Source: Epiperipatus broadwayi (taxonomy: Eukaryota > Animalia > Onychophora). From it: a stretch of DNA of 64,000 bases. Numbering within the stretch: position 1 is the stretch's first letter; each line of letters starts with the position of its first letter. Below are positions 37,850 through 49,600 of this stretch, in pieces. The stretch spans positions 3,968,001 through 4,032,000 of the forward strand of contig JAQFVV010000001.1 of NCBI GenBank assembly GCA_028023455.1, read 5' to 3'. Under the pieces are notes generated by a model that searched no databases, was not told the origin of the DNA, and was given only the letters and a program-made list of their open reading frames with translations. The translations under genes were made by a program, and so were the position numbers.

Positions 37850-39182
37850 TTGTATATAATTTATTTTATGTGTGCTGGGACATGGCAATAAAGAAGCTGA
37901 GCAGAGTAAAAATATCACTTTCAAGGGTTTATTGTGTCCTCGTATTTATAACAGAATCAGAATAGGAAAATGGTGGAATATATATATATAAGTGGATGGT
38001 ATTCAAATTTATGTAAATTATAGTTTAGTGCATCCATTTTTTGGAGAGGGGGAAACATGATTCTTTGCAATTTATAACATTGGTGTTGTTAGCTATAGTC
38101 CATGCTTCTCTAATTTTATGTTTTGTATCATTTCTTTCTGTATATTTTATTGCAACCAACGCAGGTTCAAATATATGTCTTGTTTCTTTCTGGTGTTCAA
38201 GGAAGATAGAGCTGTATTCTGATTTGTCAGATACTCTTTTATATAAGTATTGATGTTGCAAAATATGAGTGGATAGGGATGTCCAAGCTTTTCCATAGTA
38301 TATTGCTTTGCACTTAGTTTGGAGGCATTTAATTCTATATACAGTATTAGTGGTCAGTTCAGAGTCAAGTCTATTCTTGAAATTATTAATTACTCTACTG
38401 GTTGAGGGAAGATGTTCAGAAACTTGGCCAAAATATTGGAAACATTTTTGTTTTAAACATTTTTGTTATGGGAATGTATGGTAGGAGGAGCCAAGGTCTT
38501 AAATTCACACTCTCCCAATGATGATAGACCATTGCTTCTCCTGCCATACCTTCCCACATTAATAAAATATTTAATAAAATTTTTTCTTAACATTTCAGCT
38601 AAGTTTCTGAACCCCCCTCAACCAATAGATTAATTAATAATTTCAAGGATAAACTCAAATCTGCACTATTTATAGAATTAAATGTCCTGAAACTAGATGC
38701 AAAGCAAAATACTATGAAGAATCTCAGACATCCTTATTGACTCACATTTCACCAATATAAAAGAGCATCTGACAAGCCAGAATGTAGCATACAGTTCTAT
38801 CTTTCTTGAACACCAGAAAGCATCAGAATAAATATTTGAACTTATGCTGGCTACAAGAGAATATATAGAAACAATGCAAAATGTAAATTTAGGAAAGCAT
38901 AGTATATAGCTAACAATACCAATGCTATAAACCACAAAGAATCATGCTTCCTCCTCTGCAAAAAATGGACAATCTAAAATATATAATTTACATAATTTTG
39001 AATACCATCCATATATATATATACACACACATGTATATATATATTCCACCATTTTCCTATTCTGATGCTGCTATGAATATGGGGACACAATAAGTCCTTG
39101 AAAGCACTAACCATCATATTTTTAATCAGCTCAGCTTCTCTATTGTTGTGCCCCACTGCACTTAAAATATATATTACAATTT
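37850..39182. mobile_element. Head-to-head pair of PLE 3' halves (GIY-YIG + terminal repeat), ~650-bp arms
   Basis: Minus arm: LPYI..NTVYRIKC..CKAIYYG..L..H..FLEHQK..KIREA..IN..W; the plus arm (38520-39182) is a diverged inverted homologue; centre hairpin at 38471-38557. Confidence 0.85.
39064..39115 (+). ncRNA. Decayed hammerhead motif, A3-U8 variant (sister copy on minus strand at ~37912-37955)
   Basis: gct-AUGAAUA-U-GGGGAC(acaauaa)GUCCUU-GAAA-GCAC-UA-accauc; same architecture as 10046-10086. Confidence 0.5.
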
Positions 39183-41840
39183 GTTCAAGAGAAGATTGCA
39201 CATTTTTTCATTATATATACTTTAGTTTATATATAAATACTTTAATATAAATATATTTTGTTAGTAGCAATTGAAAACTTTAAAATATAATATATATTTA
39301 TTTTTATATAAGTATAAAAAAATTTCATAATCATAATTAAAACAATAAGACAAAACAATTATTTGCTTTCACTGATTAGACCCCTTTGTTGTTTTTTTTT
39401 AATTTTTTGTTTAAAATGCAGATCCAGATCAGCTTTATACGTAGCAATTCAATATAATTTTTTTTAATATTCGCTGCAATTAACATTAATTTATATGTTC
39501 AGAAGTATTTGATACATTGAAAGCTTAGAGAGCATAAACAGCATACCAAACCACATCTGATTAATTTATGATTTATATAACAAATGCAAATAGATACTAG
39601 GAATGGCAGACATCTTTATTATATAAAAATTGTCATTTTAATTCACTTACCTTTCTCTATTTCTAGCAGTAAAAGTATTGTCAATTTTTTAAAAGCATTA
39701 TCCTAGATTTATATACTGTAATAATTTGAAATCTTATTATTTATAATGTGTATTATAGCAGAATTTAAAGCTAATTAATGTTGCAATCAAAAAAATAAGT
39801 TTGAAATAAAATTATGGTAACAAAATAGACAATTTATGGCTTAAACATGGAAGGACTAAAGTGATGAACACAATTGACTGAAATATCCAATATTTTACCA
39901 ACCACTAATGGTTGGTATAATAATTACATGCACAAGACTATTCAGAGCATTTTTGTATTGAGTAAAATATTAGACAACTTTGCTATGTCTTTCTAAAATA
40001 TCTAAAACTTGTTTCACTCATATCGCATTGCTTCTATAAAAATCTTTAAAAACTAAAAGAGGACTATAATTCTCAAAATGACCTTTTCACAATGCTTTAT
40101 ATGGCAGTTTTAATTTTTTTTTTTTTTTTAAAGTTAGTTTATTATTTGAAAAGAGTGCATATATTTCAAATTATAAGTTTTAATTTAAAAAACATTATAG
40201 TTAGAATAAAATAATTAAAAATATTGAATACTTTTAATAATATTATTGCTTAAATTTTAGTTTGAGTAAATATGTAACATTACAGTTTAGAATTGGATAT
40301 ATATGTTTGGTTATATATTTACAGGGCCTTTCACAGAAAATGTGAGGCCTGGGGCAACTAATATTTTAGAGGCCCTTCAAAATTTAAAACAAGAATAAAG
40401 GGAGAGAGAAGAAACGAGACTTTTTACTTCTAGGGCCCAAAACAGGACTCCAGGAGCAGTTAGTCACAAGTTGCAAAAACAAGCAAGCAAATCAGATCCA
40501 GATAGTACTTGGATAGGGTAGATTCACTCTAGCATTATTAGTAAAGTAAAACATGGTTAGCACAGAACTGATTGACTAGGGACTGAGTTTATTAGTTCTG
40601 CCAGTCATTGGGTGCTGCAGTCACTTTCATTGCAGAGTCATAAAAATTGGTACCTCATCCCTAAACTGACTTAACTTTTTGATTTGCGGTATGCCTGCTT
40701 GGAAAAGTTTTTCTCAAATATTTTTTGGGGGAATTTAATTGTAAAATTAAGACCAAAATATAAAACAGATGATTCTATTTTCTTTAGTAATTATTTTTTT
40801 AAATATTAGAAAGAAATCTGAGGAAGACTGCTGAATTATCAAAACCGTCTGCTATTTTTGAAAGTGTGTAAAAAAGGATTGCACTGTGCAAAATATATAA
40901 ATAATAAAGTTATATATAAATGAATATCCTCTGATCAAATATTGAAATAGATTTTACAAAATAAGTTAGAAAGAAAATTGTTTACCTCCCACTGCATTTA
41001 TTTTTTTCCAAAAAAAAAGAAAAATGATTATATTGTGTCAAGTTTCTTAAAATCTAACATTCTGTATGCAGTGTAAACTATTTAAATTTGTATGAAAATA
41101 TTTGCAACATTTCTCATCAAAAAGCAAAATACATATTAAATGTGTTGCTACAGCTTTGAATATCAGTATCAAAATATAGTTCTGTTCAAAAATAGATATT
41201 ATAAAAACTATTTAGTAATTAAATATGTAACTCAAACAATTCTTTAACCTAACAATGTGTAGTATTAAATGGAATCATCAAGGAAAATATTGATAATAAT
41301 AATTATTTTAACTTCAATAAAAACTTTAATAAAATTTATTCCCATTGTATTGGAATATTTACATTGTGTTCCAAGTTCAATTAAAAAAAAAAAGATTCAT
41401 TATTTGGGAGACTAAATTTAAAATGAAATCATTTTACTTTTTGATTCTATTAATGACCAAAGATGTATACACAAAATTATTTCACACTGAATAAAAGGCA
41501 ATAAAAAATAAAATAAATAGTTATTGTTTGCAGAATTGTGTGACGTTTGAGTATAAAAATGTTAGTTGGAGATTTATTTGAGGAACTTATAGCACTCAAA
41601 TCCTCACCCATCATTCAACAAAAACCTAGTTTTAAATGTAAAAAAAAATCATGTTTCGTTTTGTGTAAAGTAAAAAAAGGATTATAGAAATAAATTAAAT
41701 CTTGATTACTAAAATCTCAGTAACCAATTATATAACAATGGCTCAGTATGGGGAAAGAGTTTAAATACAGTGGTTTGCAATAAAAAATTTAGAAACAATT
41801 TCTAAAGTTTTTTTACATTTCTCTCTCAGTAAATGTACTT

Positions 41841-42905
41841 GGGAATCTACATTCCATTTTATGTTTAACTATTTTTTATATCACTGTTTCGATGTTATAA
41901 AATAATACTAGGATAACTAACCAATAACTTTAAGATTCAGCATATTATGTAAAGTATGGATTTGTAAATAGTTAAAAAATACAACAGAAAATAAAAGATA
42001 AAAATGAAACATTTCTTCATTAAAATTGCTAAAATGTTATTATTATAAAGAAATGTAAACATAAAACTTCAGTTGTTCATTTAAATTGTATTATTTTAGT
42101 TTTAGGTTTTTTTTAAAAAAAATCAATAATAAATAATATGTTATTCTTTCAGATCTTGGTCATTTATGTTAAAGAAAAGAAATAAAAATTCTAAGGGGAG
42201 GAGAAAGTAATTTTGTATTGTCCACTTTGTGGCTGCCAAATTACATGAACCTAAGAAGAAGGAAAACTTTTTTTATATTTTTGTGAAGTAAAAACAAAAA
42301 CTATTAGCAGTGATTCAAAGAAATAATTTTCATTTTAATATTTTTTAAATTTGTTGTTGTTTCAAAGCAAAGCAGTTTATTTTTATTTGGATTGTTTTAT
42401 TATAGCTTGTATTGAATAGCAAGAAAAAAAACCATTTTCTTAGATGAAAAATTAAAAAATTTCAGATGATAATTATTTAAGCATTAGTATTTTTGTTTTT
42501 CCCTCATTTTTTCAAAACTAAATAAGAATAATAAAAATTCCAAACAAAACTATGAATTACAGTTAATAAAAAATTGTTTGAAATTATACATACATAAATT
42601 TGTAAGTCAATATTAGGTACTACTATGAAAAATCAAAAATAAATCTTGAAAACTTACAATTGACTATATTTTTTTATTTCTCTCTCTTTCTCATTCCCTT
42701 CTCTTTTTTTCTCTCTTAAAATCAAATAAGAAATTGAAAAATTATAATGAATTTTAAAATGCACATTCAATTTATAAATTATATGGTATTATGATAAATC
42801 ATTTTTCCAAATCAATTTTAAATGTATTTAGTTATTCCACTATTATTTCATGGTATTGAAGCAGTGTTCAAAGATCAATTAAACATAAAATGGAATGTAG
42901 ATGCC
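41841..42905. mobile_element. Possible old MITE / non-autonomous DNA element with ~77-bp imperfect TIRs
   Basis: gggaatctacattccattttatgtttaa...ggataact (41841-41918) is inverted at 42830-42905; no TSD identified. Confidence 0.5.
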
Positions 42906-44534
42906 TGAATTCATTGGTACCTCTTTCTCTACCTCTATTTTTAATTTGTTCATTAATGCTACAAAAATATTTTTAAATTTTAATTTTTTAAAATATCATT
43001 CAGGAATTATAAGGTTTATTTTCATCAACCTTATTAAATTGTATAATTATATTATTTAAAAGCATTATTATGATAGCTAATTTCACACACACACATTTGA
43101 TTTAAAATTTAATTCATGATTAGTAGTATTTTCTATCTACAGATTCATAATCATTGTTTAGAGCAATGCTTGTAATAAATTTAAGAAATGTATATCCAGA
43201 TTAAAGCTTAACTCAGTAACTTTTGAGGCTCATATGTCTCATAACTCTCCAAGTGGTGAACCATTCACTTATTTTTACTGTTTTGTCTCTTATGAGTTGT
43301 TTTAAGAAAAGCTGTTTAAGAACTTCTATACATTGAATTACAAAATTGATTATATTTTCAAACAATTTATCTGATTTACATTGTCTTAAACCAGAAATGA
43401 ACAAACTTTTATGATCAAGGCTATACAAACCTGTAATATCTCTTGGGCTATGTGTAAAAAATGTTTATTTTATGAGCTACTCATAGTAGATGAAAGTATT
43501 GCAATCATGATGGAAACTGATCTTGAAATAGTGATACTATGTGGCATATAAGGCATATTACTTTGTTTTCAACATTTGCAAAAAAAAATACTTGTGTGTC
43601 AATGCATAACATTCACTTTCAATTTTGCATTTTTTGACAATACCATTCATTGTTAAAATCATAAAATAACAAAAATACATTGGACAATCACAGTTAATAA
43701 TAGATAGCTACCCAAGGCATCTATAAACATCAGAATGTCCATGTGATTCATGAGAATCAGTAAGGAATTCTGTAATTGTGTATAGTTGAAGTATTATATT
43801 AAGGTTGGCAAATGGTCATTACATTACTATAGAATTTGATGGAAGGGGAACTTCTTTTGAGGAGGGGAGAAACTTGATCTTGAGGAGTGGGATGAGTTTC
43901 ATTAATGCAAGCATAATTCTTGGTTCACACTAAACTTGTCACATGCTACCAAAAATATATTACTTATTTACATAATTAAACATTTTTGTAATAAAAAAAA
44001 CATCTTACACTTGGCATGGGCTGTGGATCACACAAATTGTTATCACAGGTTGCACATGGACCATAGGCCATAATGTGCCCATAATTGTCTTAAATCTTTG
44101 TTAAGTTTTCAAATATATGTTAAAAGTCTGGGCTTACAGCACATTGCTAATATTAATTTAAAATGATTTTTAATGGTATTACTGTTAATATTAAAGAATG
44201 CATTTAAAATCTCGTGTCCATGTTATCTCTAATAAAATGCTATAAATTTGCAGTTTTAATTTAAATTTAATGGTTTAATTGCTTTTATTTGAATTTTCCC
44301 TCATATATTAGCTACTGTTTTAAGGATTATTTCTGCTAAATATAAAATCTCTTTTATAGTCTATAGCCCACTAAGTGCAAAGGCATTCTCCAAAGCCTCT
44401 GCAGAAAAATGAAGGGAAAAAATGCTATTCATTGAAGGTTTAAAAATTTTTTTGGTTATTTTAATCTCAAACTGAGAATAATCTGAATACTCATTTATCA
44501 AGTAAATAGGCTACAGGCTAGCTCCATAAAACAT

Positions 44535-44833
44535 AAAACAGGCAAAACTCTCTATACGTATTGCTACTCACTGCAAGGTAGAATAATCAATGGATGCCAG
44601 AAGGCTTGTGCATAAAATCTCCACCTAGTGTCTACTCATCCAATATCCCCAGACTAGTTTCTGGCTTGTGGTCTTCTTCAGTGAGGAGCCTTGGATCTGA
44701 AAGCACTGCACCTAGATCTTTTAGCATCCATTGATTACTCTGGCTTGCACCGAGGGGTATTATGTATAGAGAGTTTTGCCTGTTTTAATAACAGTTATGA
44801 GCAAACATAAGAAACAGTGATCATGTGATGTTT
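44535..44833. mobile_element. Family A copy: minus-strand HHR-containing piece + forward 3' end
   Basis: 44535-44720 is the reverse complement of 13335-13523; 44721-44833 is a forward piece ending gtgatcatgtgatgttt. Confidence 0.85.
44645..44689 (-). ncRNA. Family A hammerhead motif
   Basis: Minus strand: GCUCCUCA-CUGAAGA-AGACCACAAGCCA-GAAA-CUAG-UC-UGGGGAU; core intact, 6-bp stem I, one stem II mismatch. Confidence 0.65.
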
Positions 44834-44954
44834 ATTACATATAAAAATACTTAGAACTATTAAAGTATTTGGGAAAAAGATTGAAAATATTATAGTGATG
44901 GTTGATAAATAGACTAAACATTACATTACAAGGCCTTTTTATTATTATTATTAT

Positions 44955-46690
44955 GTTTCAATAATATACTTCATTGTCAACAAAGATCACATAGTGTTTA
45001 CATACTTATGTCTTAGTTACAGCAGTATGATGATTTTTACAGATTTGGTTTGACCGAGATTTTCATTGCTAATTACATAGATATGGAAGTGTTGAATAAG
45101 AGTCTACATCAATTAACCTATTCAATTATAATACTTTAAAAACTCTAGGTGTACATGGTAGATATATCACATTATGATATTTTTGTTATTGCTATCATTG
45201 TTTAATTTTTACTGTTATTCATTTCTGATCTTCTTGTTAGTTAGAATCCCTCTTTCAATCTCTCATTAATGTTCTGTTATTGTCTTTATTAATTGGTCAA
45301 AAGTTTTATTCATTTGTTCAGCTGAGTGAGTATCCATATTGTCCTTCTAGTTTCATGTTCATTGTTGGTTTTGTTTGAATAGGTTGTGCTTATATAATGG
45401 CCAGTTGTTGCATGCTCTTATAAAATAGTTTGTAAATTTTAATAATGACCAGGTAACCACATAGATATCTGGATCCATAATCTTTGCATTTCTGCTCCCT
45501 ATTTGTTATAGCTTGTTGTAAAAAGTTTCTGGATGCCATCTGGTGTTATTTCCCAGGCTGAATATACATTGTGTGCACCAAAATGCATGAAGTCCAAAGA
45601 TTGCTACTCATTGCATAAGGGTTGTCCGCTTGTGTATAAAATCTGTTAGCTGCTGTATAGTTTGTCTTGTTCTATATTGATTCAGTATATTGTTTCATGT
45701 GTTGTTGTGTTTCTTCAGCAGCATGGCATATATTGTAGGACTAGTCTATTGACCTATAAATATTATGATATTGTACAAAATAGGATGTTGATAGTGCAAA
45801 TAAATTTAGCTTGATCAAGAAGTCAAAGAACTTTGGTTCCATTGACCATTTTCTGAAGTCTTTAAGGAGTTGTTTTGTTTACTTCCAGCAATGGGCTAAT
45901 GGTCTGGTTGTTTATAACTGGGCTGATCAACTTGCATGTCTGCCAATACAATTGTAGTTCTGACATTGATTTGTGCTGAGTGTGCTAATGATACTAGATA
46001 TCCATATGTGAGGAGTCAACAATATATAGGGATTATGTCAAGGAGGCTTTGTAGTTGTTAAACCATGCACTGATTTTTGCCAGTAGGTTTATTGTTTTTT
46101 TGTGTGTGGAAGACATGTATTGTGTGTAGCACCAGACCATTCCATATAATTGGTTGACTGTGTTGTTTGAACTGGCTAGCTTTCCTACACCCATAGTAAT
46201 TTTCTACAGAGTGATGATATGGCAGCTGTAAAATTTTTTGTAAAGTTGAAAATGGATAAATAATATGCATTCTTGTTGTTGTGAGTATGTTTAATAGGTG
46301 CACTTTGCATTTGATAAAGATGTGGCTATGTTTTTTGCTTTCTGTTGAGCTTATTTTGCAGTTTTTGTCTCATTTCATGTGCTTCCACATAGGAATCCAA
46401 GAAATGGAGTAGGTTTTTATTGATATAGCTATAAGGTTTGTTAGTGTAAATGAAATATGCTGTTTTGCTTAGGTTGAATTGTAGTTTCTGCACATATATG
46501 TGTAATTTTGTAGTATTTTTCTAATACTGGCATTTCTTTATGTAATGTTGGAAACACTGTCACATCATCCATGTATGCAATACATGGAATATGTTTGGCA
46601 ATTCATGATCTTAACATTCCTGGTAACTAATTTTTAATCTGTTTTAAGAGAGGATTCATATATTGTATGGATAGAATCTAATCCCCACAT
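44955..46690 (-). mobile_element. L1/Tx1-like LINE copy 1, 5'-truncated and decayed
   Basis: HIPCIAYMDD RT motif at ~46550-46590; HAFWCTQC motif at ~45575; (TAA)n tail at 44940-44954. Confidence 0.8.
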
Positions 46691-49600
46691 ATATATTATT
46701 AAATCAAAAGAAAATTTGCAGCCCCCAATTTTTTTAATGTTGTTTGTGTGTATTATAGAGACTTATATATAAGATTTTATTGTGTGTAGTTATGGGGGGA
46801 AATGAATATAATAAAGCAATAGTTATTTAGTTTCAAACTTTTGTCTTCTATTAAATAATATAAAGATTTCATTATATAGTTTTATTTTTAGTTAAAAAGG
46901 CTAAAATAGATTATTGAGTTGTTAAATCTAAGATAGGTTAGCAGATAGGTTAGCAGACAGAAGGCCTGAAACATACACATGTTTGAAATGGAGATATGAA
47001 TGTGTGAGCCCATGATAACCACATTTGCAAATCTCACTAACACATAGATTTTTTTTTGTTGTGTAATTTTTGACTTGTCAAATTGTCAAAAGAGGAACAA
47101 TTTTTGATATGGGAGAAGAAATTAATTTTGCTTTAAAGATAATCACCTGTCAAAGTTATCAGTCTTAAGTTTTTTTTTCTTTTTTATCAAAAGATTAAAG
47201 CATTTTGTTTGGAAAAGATCCTGAGCTGATTCATGAAGAAACTTTAGCAATGATAATGTATACTCTCCTGCAGTTAGATTATGGAAATTGTGAAATATAA
47301 AAACAGCTGAATCAAAAAGAAATCAGTTTTAGCTTTTATTATTTTTAAGTTCTAGTAAGTGAAGGAAGAAAATCAGAGAAAAAAAAGTTTAAAATATTAT
47401 TGGAAAAAAAGAGATTTTCAAGGAGCAAAATGTTGAAGTATTATTTTATATGAAATAGCCTGAGATGATAAATAAATAATGTGTTTGAGTTATGGAAGGA
47501 AGTAATATATACAGGAGTTATGAGAAGAGTTTTAAAAAAGAGAAAGGAACTTAGTGAAAGAAATAAATGAGTTTTTATCATGATCAATAAAGATCCAACC
47601 AAAGAAAAACCAAAAGTAAAATGATCTCATAAGAAGAATATATAAGTTGTTGCTTCAAAGAAAAAGGGACTTGGTATTTATATATTCTCAGCAATTAGAA
47701 AAGAAATAATGCATTGTTAACTGCATTCATTTTTTTGTCCCAAGATCAAAACCACCATGAGTTGAGCATTTGTCTGCACAACTATGTATGTATAAGATGA
47801 AGAGAATGGCTGTATTCCCAGTTAACTATGCAAAAGACAATTTTTTTCTTGGAGACCTAGTTCATATCCCATGGTTTATTAAAGAGAAGGAAAAGAAAAA
47901 AAGAAAGAAGAAGAGGTATATAATCCACACATCAAGCCTCAACTAATCTACTAAGTAGTTTTTAAAAGTTTTCTTTTATTTTCATTAGAAGTGCCAAGAA
48001 AGTCAAAAATGTTTTAATTGATCTATACGAAGTTCTCAAGAGATACATGAACGGCAGGAACTTTGTCCAGTTTTAAATTTGTCTTATGAAAATTATAAAA
48101 AGAGAGAAAATGTGAAGTGCCAGAAATCAACCTGAAAATATAGATAAAGAGAAGTCTATTGTCTCACCTTAGACATTCTCAAGAACTGAAAAATGGATTG
48201 GTAACTTTGAAAATTTATTAATGATTTTTTTTTACTTATTTAAAAGTAGTCATTTAAATCTTCTATGAATCAAATCTTGTTTCTTTTTATTTTTTGATAC
48301 ATAAACATTAAAAGTTTTTTTTATTGTTTATTATTAATATGCATAACAACACTGCAAATATATTTTTGAAATTAGTAGATTTAATTTTATTATTTTTGAA
48401 TATATATTTTTACTATAAATAAATATGTTTTTATTTATTATTGTCATTTATTGGTTTATCTAGCCATTAATAGGATAACCAAAATACTTTAGAAATCTGT
48501 CAGTATATATTTTATAATTTTTTTTTTATTATTTGTATATTTAAGTGAATATAAATATTGCTTTGCTCAAGATTTAATAAAAAAAAATTTAATTTATATA
48601 TGATTCATTTGTAATATAATAATGTGAAAGGGAAAGTGTTTTAACATTATATATGTCAAAATATCACGGAATGTGTGTGGACGACTGCATATACAAATAG
48701 AAGTCAATTAGGATAAAATAGAATAGGTTATTATAAAATCTTAATTCATAAGAAGTTTTACGTTAATGAGCAAATTAGTAGGGCATGGATGTACATGTGT
48801 GAAAGTGTACACACACATGCTGCATAAATGTTTTTTTTTTAACGCATTTAACAATATATATAGTAAAGCTGGAAGAAAATATTAAACAAGTATTAAATAG
48901 AATGTTTTTTTCTTTGTTATTGGAATATTGCATTTTAAACCAGCTTATCATAAATGGATATGAGCATATATATTTAATTATCTTATTTAGTTACACCTTT
49001 AGTAATTTGTATTTATGTATTATTGTGATTAATAAAAATTGAAGTTAATTAGATGATCAAAAAATATATATATTTTTATCAAAAGAAAGGAATCTTAATA
49101 AATACAATTTTATAATATTTTGCTTTAGTGTTGTTATTATTATTACTATTATTTCGTTTTATTATTTAATCAATTAATTTATATCTGGTCATCATCAGGG
49201 AAGTGGTTGATTGCCATTGCCATCAATCTAATTTGGTATCATAGTTAATAGTGATCAAAGTATAAATACCTAGTTAGATTGATAGGTATGAATTGTGTTA
49301 GTTGGTCATAATTTATTCCTCATCATAACTGAGGATTGTAAAAGGTCTTTATATGAATATTATGGTTATAATTGTCATAACATTATTAAGTGATTATAGA
49401 GATATATAGAAGTAATCCATCATGGATATACATCTGTAACTTGTATAAGTTGTTTGATTATTAAGGATGACATATAGGGCTTGAAGTATTTAATAGGTTT
49501 CCCTTACATCTCTTTAAAAGGATTTACTCACCTTAAATTTATTTGAAATTATTGATGTATGGGCAAACAGTTACCTAGACATTGATGATGATCATGAATA

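Noticed and set aside
43390-43552. Plus-strand peptide YELLIVDE..VILCG resembling helicase motifs II and III
   Set aside because: Motif spacing is too short, no Walker A upstream, and the frame is closed by stops.
47100-48200. Purine-rich stretch with stop-riddled protein-like frames and an acceptor at ~47990
   Set aside because: All frames close quickly and no family could be recognised.
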